Assembly: GCF_009914755.1 (NCBI RefSeq)
Contig: NC_060932.1
From: the human T2T-CHM13v2.0 reference genome, Homo sapiens
DNA length: 64,000 nt
Direction: 5' to 3' (one strand)
The position numbers and the translations under genes were made by a program. Shown here piece after piece: positions 1 to 13,179 of this stretch (within the stretch, counting starts at the first letter, position 1; every line of letters begins with the position of its first letter). The notes beneath the pieces are model-generated. The model was not told the DNA's origin and searched no databases. It saw only the letters and a program-made list of their open reading frames with translations.

Positions 1-57
1 AAATGTTAGTTAACATTTCAATATGTCCCTATGTTTTAGCATAAGAATAATAGGAGC

Positions 58-290
58 TATCATTTATTTAACCTTTGTATTGTGTCGTGTTTTTAATATA
101 AGTATCACCTGTAAGCCTATCACAGTCATAGAAGTTCTGTATTACTATATGCATTTTTCAGAGAATGACACAAAAATGCAGAATACACAATAAACTGTCC
201 ACAATCACATGGCTAATAAGTACTATAGCCAATCCTCAAATCCCACTATGATTCCAAAACCAGTTTTCTTTCTATTTTCTCACTCTGCAA
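58..290 (-). mobile_element. MIR SINE fragment
   Basis: Degenerate antisense MIR pattern (catttattta...cattttttcaga...tgtccacaatcacatggctaataagt). Confidence 0.5.
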
Positions 291-1329
291 TTTCAGCTAC
301 GGTCCTTTCTTTTAAAATTGGGTCACAAACTGTGGACACTTTGGACACAAACCTAGTGGGATATGCATTTAATAAAAATCTAAATTAGGACTATGATTTA
401 TTAATGTTATTTAATGTAATAATTGCATCCTTTACAGATCTTCATAATTTGTGAAGAATCTATTTCAACGAGAGACTAAACATGCTACACAGAAATTTTC
501 TGAGTTCCTTTCAGGGATCTACAAGTCTTTTTCACTTGACTATAGCCTGCCTTCCAACTATCTTATGAACTTCAGGAAAAAGAAGAAAAATGCCACTTTC
601 TTCCTTTGGACACTCCCGAATATGTCTAACCACAGTATTATTCACACTGTGGGTAACCAACTTATTTTGCTAACTGACTGAAAGATTATATTATTGTATA
701 ATAAAGTTTCCTTTTCTTCAAAGGGAGTAAAGTGAAAGAATGCATAAAATTTGTCACAAAGTTTTCAGATAAAACCTGTTTAGTAATGACAATTAGTAAT
801 AGAAATCATTAGTTATAGCATGATGCAGGGAATACTAATGAAGGCAAAGCGTATTTTGACTAATCTGCTTTCTGAAACGTTCTTGGTAATAAGCATTAGA
901 ATGAGGTCAAAGTCATTTTTCTTTTTTGAAATAGAAAGGTAATTCTAATGTTTATAAAAGAAAGCTTTGTGGTCTGCCAGGAATTTTAATTTCTAAGCTG
1001 TCAACATTTTAGCACTTATATCTGATAACGGCTGTGATAATGCATGCTCCAGTCTTGTATCAGTTGCTTGCTCTTCCATAAGTCAAAAGTGAAATATGGG
1101 TAACAATAATGTGAAAGACACAATGCAACTTTGAACTTTGATGCAATTTCAATGTTAACAAGTTATGTAAAATTGACATATGGATGACAATGTTACATAT
1201 TTCCACATCTGACAGTGTTTTGCTGAAATGTGATTTTTGTATGAAAAGGAAATAGAAAGTGAAGTAGTTTCACTTAATTGAATAACTGATAAAATAATCA
1301 GTGGTGCTCCAGTTTTTGACATGGAAGAA

Positions 1330-1990
1330 AAGTGGAAATGTTTTTCTACCTCTAGAGACACTGACAAAATAGAGAATGGGAATGAAATACAGAATACAGT
1401 TTGTAGATCCTTGAGAATAATTAAGCCACCAAAACTCATCTCACTAACAAAATCAGGCAAAAGTAATGGATAAAAGGGCAGACAGAGGAAACAACAACAT
1501 AAATATTTGAAAGCTATTTGGCATATTTGGTTATGTTCAATTTGGTTTACGATCATGGAAACTTTGGTTTGTTTTGATAATTCCGACATAGGGAACAACA
1601 AAAAAAGAGAATTAGTAAATCTTATAGTAAGGGAGAAACTCTTTAAAATGATCTGGGTTAGGATAAAGAGGGTAGGGGCTCAAACAGAAATACTATCAGA
1701 AAGCAATCTTGGTTAAGTATAGGATCCTCATGTTATGTGATATTTTACAATCATTTAACAGCACTGGCTACTCTGCTTCAAGGCAGAAGAACTTTTAAAC
1801 AGATGTCCTGGAAATAGAGGAAAACTAATAAAACTAATAAAAATAAGGGAGAGGAAAACTAATGAGTTAGCATCCCTATTTTCATGAAGTGCAGAAAGAG
1901 TCTGCAGGAGCACCAGTCTCATTAACAAAGATGAGACTTGGGATATCTTACTTAGATAACCTGGAATGTTGCTCACTCTAAAGTCGCAGG
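1330..1990 (+). mobile_element. Possible very old CR1/L3 LINE remnant
   Basis: ORF 1507-1716 contains IWVRIK, similar to the CR1 endonuclease LWV(R/K)I(K/R)G motif; otherwise highly degenerate. Confidence 0.2.
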
Positions 1991-2239
1991 TCAGAAATGA
2001 CTTTCAATTCTAGAATAAGATAAAGAGAACAAACGTTTAAAATTCAGAGGTGAATCTAGGTTTGCATTATTGCAACAAAGTGAAATAGTCAAAATACAAC
2101 CTCTTCCATAGTCCATAAATAAGTCTATGTAAATAAGTCTGTAAATCGTCTATAAATATTTGACCAAATACTATCCTTCATGTACTCCTGAATGTTTACT
2201 GTGCAAATACAGCACCACTCATCAAACAAATGAACACAT

Positions 2240-2605
2240 TTCAACATTTCACTCCTTATGCCTTCAACATGTTTTTACCCTTCCGACTGGAATTCATTTC
2301 CCCTAGTCATTTGCTTAGAGGATTTATAATTTTCTGTTTACACTTAGATCCAAAAAGGCTGCCAAAGAATCTAATTTCTTTCTCTTACAAAAACATTAAA
2401 ACTCAAGAATTGACAAGTCTGTCAATTGTACCAATACTACAACTTAAACATACTTTTACATATAATTTTATATATATTCTATTTTAGTCATCTGTATCTC
2501 CCATTAGTCTGTGAGATATCTGTGAAAAATATTCATGACTTACTCATGTTTTTAAATCCAGTGCTTTGCACGCTGACATGGTTAATAACTATTCATTAAA
2601 TAACT
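2240..2605 (+). mobile_element. L2 LINE 3' fragment
   Basis: tgtatctcccattagtctgtgag...ccagtgctttgcac...aataactattcattaaataact resembles the L2 3' terminus. Confidence 0.5.
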
Positions 2606-2959
2606 AAAATTTACTGTCTTGAAATCTTGTTCTGAGTATATGGTCTTTAAATTTTATTATTTATACACAGGAAATTCACAATTAAATTTTATTTTGCATT
2701 ATAATTTAAATAGTCAAATTGTGTTAGTGGAAGCATATAGCTTTAATTTTTTGATTTTGGAATTTAAAGTCACTGTGTTGTGGTTTAATATGTTACTCAT
2801 ACTTCTGTATTTACTATAAATTGGTGATTGAATCTAGGCAAAATACAAGTTAGATATTTTGGTAAGACTACCTTGTGATCTTCCATCAGTAGACTAATAA
2901 TGTCAGGCTGTCTCTCTTTTTTATACTGGTTAAAGCTATTAACGCCATTAATATCTTTT

Positions 2960-4130
2960 TGCCTTTGAGGAGGTTTGGCTGATTTGGGAATGCTTTAATT
3001 TTACTATGATATGTCAAAATGTGTTTTTGTGTGTGTCACTTATGCTGGGGTTTATTGGTCTTAAGAATGTGAGATTTGAATTTCTTATCAATTCTTCAAT
3101 ATTCTTAATCACTACCACCTATAACTTGGTCTTTCTTGTTTCACTCTTATCTCCTTCTGGTAATTAATTAGAGTATTTTGATTTTCTAAAAAATTCTGTT
3201 CTCTGTATCTCTTAACCCCTTAATATAATATCCTATTTCTTTATTTTTATGTGCTCCATTCTCTCTTTTGTCAGTGTAATTGGCTGACCCATTTATTAAA
3301 TTTTTACAGTCCTCTTTTTATTATTTTTATACATTTTCAAATCAGTCCACTTTGTTTTATTGTCTTGCCTCTTAAATTTTCAATTTTTTCTTTTATTTGT
3401 AGTAATTTATTAAACACATGTATATTATGTTCTCAATGTGATGTATACAAATTCAGCATTCTTTGCTGTTGCTTTTTAAAAATATCTTATATGTTGATCT
3501 GTTTCTCTGTTGCTTTTTTGTAAGTGAGCTTATATTCCTTATAACTATATTATAGGAAATATTTGATGTCATATTTTATAGCTTTACCCAAAAGCTTTTC
3601 CTTGTTTTTTTGTTTTTTGTTTTGTTTTTTGTTTTTGTTTTTTTGCCAGGTGCTAGAAAATTGCTAAAAACCCTGGAACATTTTAACCTAAATTTTTAAA
3701 TGGCGCTTTTGTACCACACAGATGCTAATATTTCAGCCTTTCCTCTGTGGGAGGCAGTATTCTGGCAAGATTTCTCAGGGAGAGTCATAATACCATCTTC
3801 TAGCCCCATTCCTTTATGCTTCAAATCTATAGCAGGCAAGTCTGAATAATGTCTCATTCTAACTGTGCTTTATTCTAGATTTTTCAGAGCAAATGTGTTG
3901 CCTGTTACAGCTTCCAGCTTCAGGAAGTGGCTTCTTCCAAAGTGCATACAAAATTACAAACTCCAAGCCACCAGAGGGTTGACAGATGCCCTGTGGCCAC
4001 ATTTAGAGGTGCCCCAGCTCTCTGGATTCATATTTTATACTTGTTTCTGGTTTGCGAAGATTTGTCTTAGTTTCCTGTTAGTTTACTCATGCATTTTAAA
4101 TGTGGGAATTAGCTCATGTTTTGTATTTTT
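2960..4130 (-). mobile_element. Ancient L1 (L1ME-type) antisense fragments
   Basis: T-rich degenerate sequence with the phrasing of antisense old-L1 5'/ORF1 regions. Confidence 0.4.
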
Positions 4131-5420
4131 TTTTTTAACTTTTTGGTGTTCTCCCTATACCAAATATGCAATTTTGTGAGAAACAATGTACACATTTTAA
4201 CTAATTTACCTGAAAAAAAAATGACTCCAAAAAGTCAAATATGTATCATCTTTTAATATGTAATATAATCAAAGAGTATATTATTTGGTATAATTTTGAG
4301 CTACTCACTGTAGAACTGAAATTGTTCCGTGTCTCCCAGATAACAGCTTGTATTCAAATCGATTGGTTCTATCCAGTCAACCATTTACTTACATTTATTT
4401 GTCATCATCACAAACTACTAATTTTGTAGACTAATCAATTCACAGTACTAATTCAATCTGATTATGCACTTCCAATAAGCAAATGAGGATATTTATCATT
4501 ATTAATTTTAATGAATGAGATTTACTTTCATCTGCTGTAAATGTAAACATGCCTCCTGATAAGAAACAATTTCCCAAAAAGATGCTTCTATGTAAAATTA
4601 TAAGAAAAACAACCATATCACTGAATAGATGATTTCTCCAAAACTTGTGTAATTAATGACAGATAACAAATACTTGTTTGCTTTTATTAAATAAGTCTTT
4701 TGTTTCTTTATGTTTTATTGATGGTAAGAATCTTTATATTTAAATTTTAGTGACTTTTTTTCTTATTAGCAATACAAAAATCAACATTGATTTTTTTTTC
4801 GTTTTAAGTAAACATGTCATTTGGAAATAATAACATGCTTAATGTTCCAGGATAATTGGTTCTGATGTTCTCTTTATTCTATTCCTGAGGCAAAGAACAC
4901 TTTTAATGGGTCAATAATGGAAGTAAAATGCAGAGTGAGTATAAAACCATGAAATAGTTAAGCTGAGATTAAAATATTCCTTTGTATTTTAAAAATATAT
5001 ATTGATTCAGCTTTTCCTTTATTAAATACCTTTTTTGCCCATCATCATTATAAAGCATGACTATCCATATCACTTACACAAAAAAATGAAATAATTGATT
5101 ATGGTTTTAATAAAACAAATTATATTTAATAAAACATGAGGCTTAGCAAGCTTATCTCTAAAAAGTGTGAAACTTACTTTAAAAAATGTAGAATTTTTTT
5201 GTCCCATAAGGTACCTCTCATATTTCTGCTGAATTATTGTTCTTCAAGCTCACCATGAAGAAAAAAAAGGTATGTTCCTAGTAAGTTTTGGTATCAGTAA
5301 TACATAACATGACAGAATTTTAGTTAATAAATTTGCTGGTGGTGCTTCAATTTATGTGTCTATATAAAGGCAAGTTTTGGGCCCAACTATGTCTGGCTCA
5401 TATAGATACTTCCTGAAATG

Positions 5421-5519
5421 AATGAGTAAGAAAAAAAATGCATTAATTTTAAATTACAAAATTTAGCATAAATGAGTAAGAAAAAAATGCATTAATTTTA
5501 AATTACAAAATTTGGCATC
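5421..5519. repeat. Direct tandem duplication, ~50 bp x2
   Basis: aatgagtaagaaaaaaa(a)tgcattaattttaaattacaaaattt(a/g)gcat at 5421 and 5471. Confidence 0.95.
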
Positions 5520-5652
5520 AATTAGATACATGAAAGAAAGGGATTAAGGCTCATGACCCCTTTTCTTTAGTTTTTAGAACATTTACAATGCATAAGACAA
5601 TCGTGATGGAGATCGGCAAGGGAGAAGAGACACAAAGGCTACAAGAGGAAGA

Positions 5653-5686
5653 AAATTGAGTATCTGAGCAAATTGAGTATCTGAGC
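5653..5686. repeat. Perfect 17 bp tandem duplication
   Basis: aaattgagtatctgagc at 5653-5669 and 5670-5686. Confidence 0.95.
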
Positions 5687-5842
5687 TCACTATCAGGTAC
5701 TAAATCATTGTAGGGCTATATACTTTGGGGTTCAACATGAAACTAAGTCAAAAACCATCGAGTCTCCCTATCACATTGGCTAGATTTTCAAAAAACAACC
5801 TTTATGAGTAAACTTCATGAAGTATAACAGTGAAATCCCTGG

Positions 5843-5961
5843 CTATATATATTTTTTCAAACACACACACACACACACATATACGTATTTTCACACACAT
5901 ACATCTATATGTGTATATATACATATATATTTTTTCACAAGCATACATATTTATATATATC
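5843..5961. repeat. (CA)n/(TA)n microsatellite and low-complexity tract
   Basis: AC run at 5861-5879 flanked by TA/CA-rich degenerate repeats. Confidence 0.9.
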
Positions 5962-6633
5962 TGGAATTTAAAACTACATTTCTTTTTTGATCTTTTCCTA
6001 TTATTTACAATGTTGTGGCAATAAAATTTGAATGCATGTCTTTGCACACACACATTCATATATCTGTATAATTGCTTTCCAGAAATGAAACTATGAAACT
6101 GCCTAATACTGAAGACAGTTTAATACAATGTAGTTTTCCTTTCTAACATGTGTGCTTCTTTAATATTTTTCTTTACCTTACTTAGAAATGGACACATTAC
6201 AATAATTTTTTGTTTTGAAATATGAGCTCTAACAAAATCTTTTGATTTATTTCCACTACTTAGAATATGAAATTTCTACATAGTGAAATTGAAAAAATTT
6301 TAAACCACATTTTAAATGAAAACAGTTTGGGTTTTTGTTTCCAGGAAACACATACTGAACATGACTTGTTTAGCACTCAAATGAGTGACTCACGCATTAT
6401 GGCACTATTTCTACATATAACTACAGAAAGACACAGGTGGCTCATGAGAAGCAAAAAAACATCCTAGAGCTTATAATGCAAATGTCAAAAAAAAGTTTTC
6501 ACAAAAGGAATGGTCACTTTTTGTTGGTTTTGCAATAAATAAATAAATAAGAGAAAAAGCAAACAACCTTAAATCAAATTTATAACTCATGTCTTGTTGA
6601 AATTGCCCTAGCCTTGAATGAGTGTGTTTATTT

Positions 6634-6791
6634 ATACTTTAAGTTCTAGGGTACATGTGCACAACGTGCAGGTTTGTTACATATGTATACATGTGCCATG
6701 TTGGTGTGCTGCACCCACTAACTCGTCATTTACATTAGGTATATCTTCTAATGCTATCCCTCCAGACACAGGAAGGGGAACATCACACACC
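6634..6791 (-). mobile_element. Very short L1PA (PA4/5-like) 3' end with 5' inversion
   Basis: Antisense L1 3' terminus 6634-6763, then sense L1 3'UTR gacacaggaaggggaacatcacacacc; 14 bp TSD gagtgtgtttattt at 6620-6633 and 6792-6805. Confidence 0.9.
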
Positions 6792-7095
6792 GAGTGTGTT
6801 TATTTCAAGTATGTGTATATCTCAATCATCCTCTGCTCCAGCTCTCCTGCCTAGGATGTTGATAAGTTTTACATGAATTGACCTATCTGGGACCCTCATT
6901 CCACACACTTAATCCATATATGTGTCTCCTTGACAATTCCATATATCTCTTGTATGCTTGCTTTTCTTGTTTTAGGTGACTTTCCTAAACTTGACAATTA
7001 ACATACCTCATTTTCAGAATCAAATGTCCTTCTGTCTGGTCAGTTATCATGTCTAAAACATTGTCTATCCCATTCCTCAATAACTACTGATTCTT

Positions 7096-7439
7096 GGCTG
7101 AGAGTGATGGCTCATGCCTGTAATCCTAGCACTTTGGGAGGCCTAGGCGGGCTGATCACCTGAGGTCAGGATTTCGAGACCAGCCTGGCCAACATGGTGA
7201 AACCTCGTTTCTACTGAAAATACAAAAAAATTAGCCAGGAGTGGTAGTGCATGCCTGTAATCCCAGCTACTTGGGAGGCTGATGCGGGAGAATCACTTGA
7301 ACCTGGGAGACGAAGTTGCAGTGAGCCGAGATCGCACCACTGCACTCCAGCCTGGGAGACAGAGCAAGACTCCATCTCAAAAACAAAAACGAAAACAAAA
7401 CAAAACAAAAAACAAACAACAAAAGAACAAAAACAAAAG
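7096..7439 (+). mobile_element. AluS (Sx-like)
   Basis: Full dimer, cacctgaggtcagg diagnostic, patterned A-tail; TSD aa(c/t)tactgattct at 7082-7094 and 7440-7452. Confidence 0.95.
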
Positions 7440-8225
7440 AATTACTGATTCTAACATAATATATATTAATATTAATAGAATTTGCTTTTTTAAAAAATGG
7501 TTTTACATAAATGAAAAAGTTAATGAAAATGCAAATAAAGGAAAGATAACTTATGTTCATGAGATTGAAAGAATTAATATTGCTAAAATTTCCATTCTCC
7601 CCCAAATGATCTACAGGTTTACAATTCCTATAAAAATTCCAATGACAATTTTTACAGAAATAAGAAAAACAATCATAAAATTCATATGGAACCACAAAAG
7701 ACCCTGAATCGCTGAATAGCCAAAAAATTCTTGAGGGGAAAATAAAGCTGGAGACTCATACCACCTGATTTTAAAATATATTACAAAGATATATTAATTA
7801 AAACATCATGATACTGGCATAAAAATAGACAAATAGGCCAATGGAGTAGAATAGAGAAACCCAAAATAAATCCACACATTTACAGCAAACTGACTTTTGA
7901 AAAAAATACAAAGAACACACAATGGGAATGGGCAATGTCTTCAATAAATGGTGTTGAGGAAACTGGATATCAACATGCAGATGAATGAAATGAGTGCCTT
8001 ATCATATATCATACAAAAATCAACTCAAATTGAATTAACGACTTAAACAGAAGAAAGAAATCTTAAGGGAGAAAAAAAGCTGGAACACCACACCACCCGA
8101 TTTTAAAATATATTATTAAGATATACTAATGAAAACAGTATGATACTGACATAAAAGCAGAAATACAGACAAATGGAATGACATAGAGAGCCCAAAAATA
8201 AATTCACATATTTACAGTCAATTGA

Positions 8226-8513
<288 letters not shown>

Positions 8514-9298
8514 ACAGTCAATTGACACTTGAAAAGGATACCAAGAACACACAATGTGAATGTGGACTGTGAAACTACTAGAAGATAACATAGGTGAGAA
8601 GTTCTATTACATCGGTCTGGACAATGATTTTTTTGGATATGACACCAAAAATATGGGGGAAATTTTTTCATCAAACTAAAAAGCTTTTGCATAACTAAGG
8701 AAACAGTCAAGTGGAAAGGTAACCTATGGAATGAAAGAAAATATTTACAAACCATATATCTGATAAGGGGTTAATATCCAAAATATATAAAGAACTGAAA
8801 CAACTCAGCCAGAAAACAAATAACCTAATTAAAAAATGGACAAATGACCTAAAAGATGTTTCTCAAAAGAAGACATATGAATGGCCAACAGGCAAGTGAA
8901 AAAATGCTCAACATCACTAATCATTAAGGAAAGGCAAATTAAAATCAAAATAATGTATCACCTCACACCTGTTAGAATGGCTGTCATCAAAAAGAAAAAA
9001 TATAATCAGTGTTGGCAAGAATGTAAAGGAAAGGGAACTTGTGTACACTACTGACGGGAATGTAAGTTAGTATAGCTATTACGAAAAACAGTATGTAAGT
9101 GTCTCAAAAAATTAAAAGTAAGGCTACCATATGATCCAGCAATCCCACCACTAGGTATATATTCAAAGGACATGAAATAAGTATGTCAAAGAGAAATCTG
9201 CATTCCCATGTGCATTGCAGCATTATTCATAATGGCCAATATATGGAATCAACCTAAGTGTCCATCAACAGATAAACAGATAAATAAAACATGGTATA

Positions 9299-10589
9299 TG
9301 AGGGTCTTCAAAAAGTTCAAGGGAAATGCATAGTATGACCAAAACTATGCATGAATTTCCATTTTTACACCAAAATAAACTAGTACTAACTTGTTATAAC
9401 ATGTCTGAATAGGATCTAGTTTGAGGCACTAAGAAGAATAAAACATTGCTTTGAAAGAGCCCTCATCAGAGTGACATAAATTTTGCTAAAATTAAAGCAA
9501 GAACAAACATCAAATTTATGATGAGTCTTGGGTGAAAGAATGTGAAGTCACTGATGCTTTACAAAAAATTTATGAGGTCAATGCCCCCAAAGAAATCAGC
9601 AGTTTATAAATGGATAACTTATATTAAAAGGGGTAAAACAATGTTGACAATGAAGCCTGCAGTAGCAGACGATGGTCTGCTTCAATTTGTGAGGAAAAAA
9701 TCAAAGAATACCCTGCTCCTCTTCAATTCATGCCCTAACTGAAAAAGACCAATCATTAACAGTAGAAACAATAGCCAACACAAAGATGTGTCAATTGGTT
9801 CAGCTCACTGAATTTTGACTGAAAAATTAAAATCAAGCAAAGTTTTTACTCCATGAGTGCCAAACCATTGTGCCCAGATCAGCTGCAAACAAGAGAACTT
9901 TCAATGGAAATTTTAAACAATTGGGATCAAGACTCTGAAGTATTTCTTCAAAAAATTGGAACAGGAGATAAAACATGGCTTTACCATTACAATCCTGAAG
10001 ACAAAACACAATCAAAGCAATGGCTACCAAGAGGTAGAAGTAGTCCAGTGAAAGCAAAAGCTGACTTGTCAAGAGAAAAGGTCATGGAAACAATTTTCTG
10101 GGATGCTCAAGGCACATCCCTCCGTAAGTTTCTGAAGGGTCAAATAATGAAAACACCTGCTTAAGTTAGCCAAAGCTTTGGCAGAAAAAAATGCTTGTGA
10201 AAACTTCACTTGAAAGTCCTTTTACACCACAACAAAGCTCCTGCTCATTTCTCATCAAACAAGGACAATTTTGCAAAAATTTTGATAGGAAATCATTAGA
10301 TGTCCACTTTACAGTCCTCATTTGGCTTTTTCCAACTTCTCACTGTTTCCTAATCTTAAAAAATCCTTATAGGGCACTCATTTTTCTTTAGTTAGTAATC
10401 TAAAAATGACTGTATTCCATTATGTTTAAATTCAAAGGACCATCATTTCTTTAAAGATGAAGTACATGGCTGTTATCACTGCTTACAAAAGTGTCTTGAC
10501 TTTACAGAGCTTATGTTGAATAATAAAGTTTTTTTTTTAGCTTTTAGCATATAATTCCATTTTTCTACTAACTTTCTGAAGTCTCCTTG
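9299..10589 (+). mobile_element. Hsmar2 mariner DNA transposon, near full length, transposase disrupted
   Basis: Left TIR (t)gagggtcttcaaaaagttca after TA; right TIR aactttctgaagtctccttg; ORF 9853-10164 carries the mariner catalytic-domain motif TGDKTWLYHYNPEDKTQSKQW. Confidence 0.9.
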
Positions 10590-11010
10590 CAAATACACAA
10601 TGGAATACTATACGGAATTATAAAGGGAAGAAATCCTATTGTGTGTGACAATAGCAGGGAACCCGAAAGACGTTATGTTAACTGAAATAAATCATGGACA
10701 GAAAGACAAATACCACATGATCTCACTTATATATGAAATATTAAAAAGTTGAATTCATAAAAGCAGAGAGGAGAATGGTGGTTACCAGGATCATGATGGG
10801 AAGGGTGGGGAATGAAGAGATGTTGGTTAAAAAATACAAAACTTTCAGTTAGGAGAAATAAGTTCAAGAGATCTATTGTGTAACATGATGATTACAGTTA
10901 ATGACAATGTATTGTATCATTACAAATTGTTAAGGGAGTAGATTTTAAGTGTGCTTTCATCACAAATAAATGATAAATATGGCAGGTAATACATATGTCA
11001 ATTAGCTTGA

Positions 11011-11305
11011 TTTTTTTTTTTTTTTCTGAGACAGAGTCTTGCTCTGTCACCCAGGATGGAGTGCAGTGGTGTTATCTCGGCTCACTGCATCTCTGTTTTC
11101 CGGGTTCAAGCAATTCTCCTGCCTTAGTCTCCCAAGTAGCTGGGATTACAGGCACCAGCCACCAAGCCCGGCTAATTTTTGTATTTTTAGTAGAGACAGG
11201 GTTTCACCGTGTTGGCCAGGCTGGTCTCGAACTCCTGACCTCGTGATCCTCCTGCCTCGGCCTCCCAGAGTGCTGGGATTACAGGTGTGAGCCACCACAC
11301 CTGGC
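11011..11305 (-). mobile_element. AluS (Sg-like)
   Basis: Poly-T 11011-11025 and antisense Alu with gacctcgtgatcc; no clear TSD. Confidence 0.92.
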
Positions 11306-11629
11306 AAATAATTTTTAATAGTGAACAATTGCAAGGCGAAGAGACAAGATCCTGCTTATCAAAGTATACAATATAGTATTGTTAACTAAGATACATTAAT
11401 ATTAGTCATCATTTGTTAATCATTTCACAGTGTATTATGTATATCAAATCATTACATTGTACACCTTCAATATACACAACTTTTATTCATTAATTATACC
11501 TCAATAAAGCTGAAGTTTAAAAAAGGTTTAGTAGAATTGGCACAGCATATTGATAGTTTGGATAATTAATAATCATGATATCTTCTACCATCTAGCAATT
11601 TCTAATTTTATGGAGACACCACTGAACTA

Positions 11630-11850
11630 AAGTTGATGAATCCTGGGTTCTAGTCTGTCCTCTGCTTTAGAAAAACTGTATAATAAAAAGCAAGACAGAT
11701 AAGCTTTCTAGACATTTAGGCCTGTGAAATGCTGAGTACATTTTAATCTACCTACATCCTAAGCTAATTGGAGAAGTTAAATATGAATTATCTTTGTATT
11801 AGGTAATGTAAGCACTTTCCTTAGCACCTGATGGATATTTGTTGAGTGAG
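11630..11850 (+). mobile_element. MIR fragment
   Basis: cctgggttctagtc...ctgtgaaatg...taatctacct...gtaagcactt...agcacctg. Confidence 0.4.
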
Positions 11851-12098
11851 AAGAAAACATAATTTTTTATCCCTTTTTTTTTTTAAATTTAAGACTCAAA
11901 GTTTGAATGATTTATATAACATACTGAAACCCATATTTCTGACTTCTACACTATTTTGGACTTCCTTTAACCAAGGAACCAAACAAATTACCATTAGGTT
12001 ATATTTAATCGTGACAATGATAATAGCTAAACTTTACATTTTGTGGAGATTTGCTTTAGAGTTATATTAAAGTGTTTAAACTTCTCATTACCTTATGG

Positions 12099-12136
12099 AT
12101 ATATATATGTGTGTGTGTGTGTGTATATATATATAT
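12099..12136. repeat. Compound (AT)n(GT)n(AT)n microsatellite
   Basis: Seen directly in sequence. Confidence 0.95.
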
Positions 12137-13179
12137 TATTGAGTAAAACAGACAGTGAAGGTTTTTAAAAGTATCTCTAAGAAGTGAAAACATTTTCATT
12201 CATTTTGAGTTTTGTCTATAGAAAGATTCTGAAGCACTGGCATGATTCTATCAGTGCCTTTCCTCATAGAGGTGACAAACAGGCTTTTAAAAATCATCTT
12301 TTAAAGGCAGCTGTACAGTGAAGGAAAGGTATCATTTGCCCTTCCACGTTAAAATCCTGTCCCTTTCCTCTTCATATGGCAAACACTGACCCAGATGCTG
12401 AGCTGTGAGCCGCAGTTCCCCACAGCAGCAGCTGGTGCCTTGGCAGCCTCATTAAGTAGCTGAACTGGCCCCCTTTAATATCGTCTACTAGTCTAGAGCA
12501 TCATTATGCTGCTAATAGCTGTTCTGGGATCTTATGCCCTTCTGCTTAACTTGTCCTCTTAACTGATATCTTCCACAGATTTTGTTAGTTTTATTAATGT
12601 ATTAATTAGGCAATTATCATTTGGTTCTTGCCCACGTGAAAGAGTATCCACAGAAAAATAAAATATGTAATTACTTTCCATCTTAGTTCATTGTGAGGTA
12701 AGAGTGCTTTTAAAAATCTACATATGAAAAAGGTGTTTTCCAACCACCAATTCCCAAACCAAAAAGGAATGCAATTACATATAGCAATAATCGTTGGATC
12801 AATCTCTTCCTAAAGAAAGTCACAACCTTCAGCCTCAGGAAAAGACAATCTACCACATAAATCTATTGGCATTTTCCTTCCTGTTTCATTGATTCATGTG
12901 TCTGTGAATTCACAATATTTAGGACAAAAATGAGAAACATATAAACCAATCAATACATTGTTTATTCATGTGGCTCTAAACAATAAACTAAATAAATTAA
13001 CAAATGTACCCGTCCAATGGCTAAAGGTACATATTGAAAAAAATAAAAACAGAAACTGAGCAAGAGAATATTTCATTTACTTAATAAAAGAGATATTTAA
13101 ATAGCTCCTTTGTAAAGCGTAAGCCAACTCTCTTTGCTTTTTTTCTCAGAGCTTCAATGTATGCTTTTTTATATCACAA

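Noticed and set aside
9480-10510. Domesticated transposase like SETMAR
   Set aside because: Hsmar2 ORF is fragmented over several frames with no start codon or evident fusion exon.
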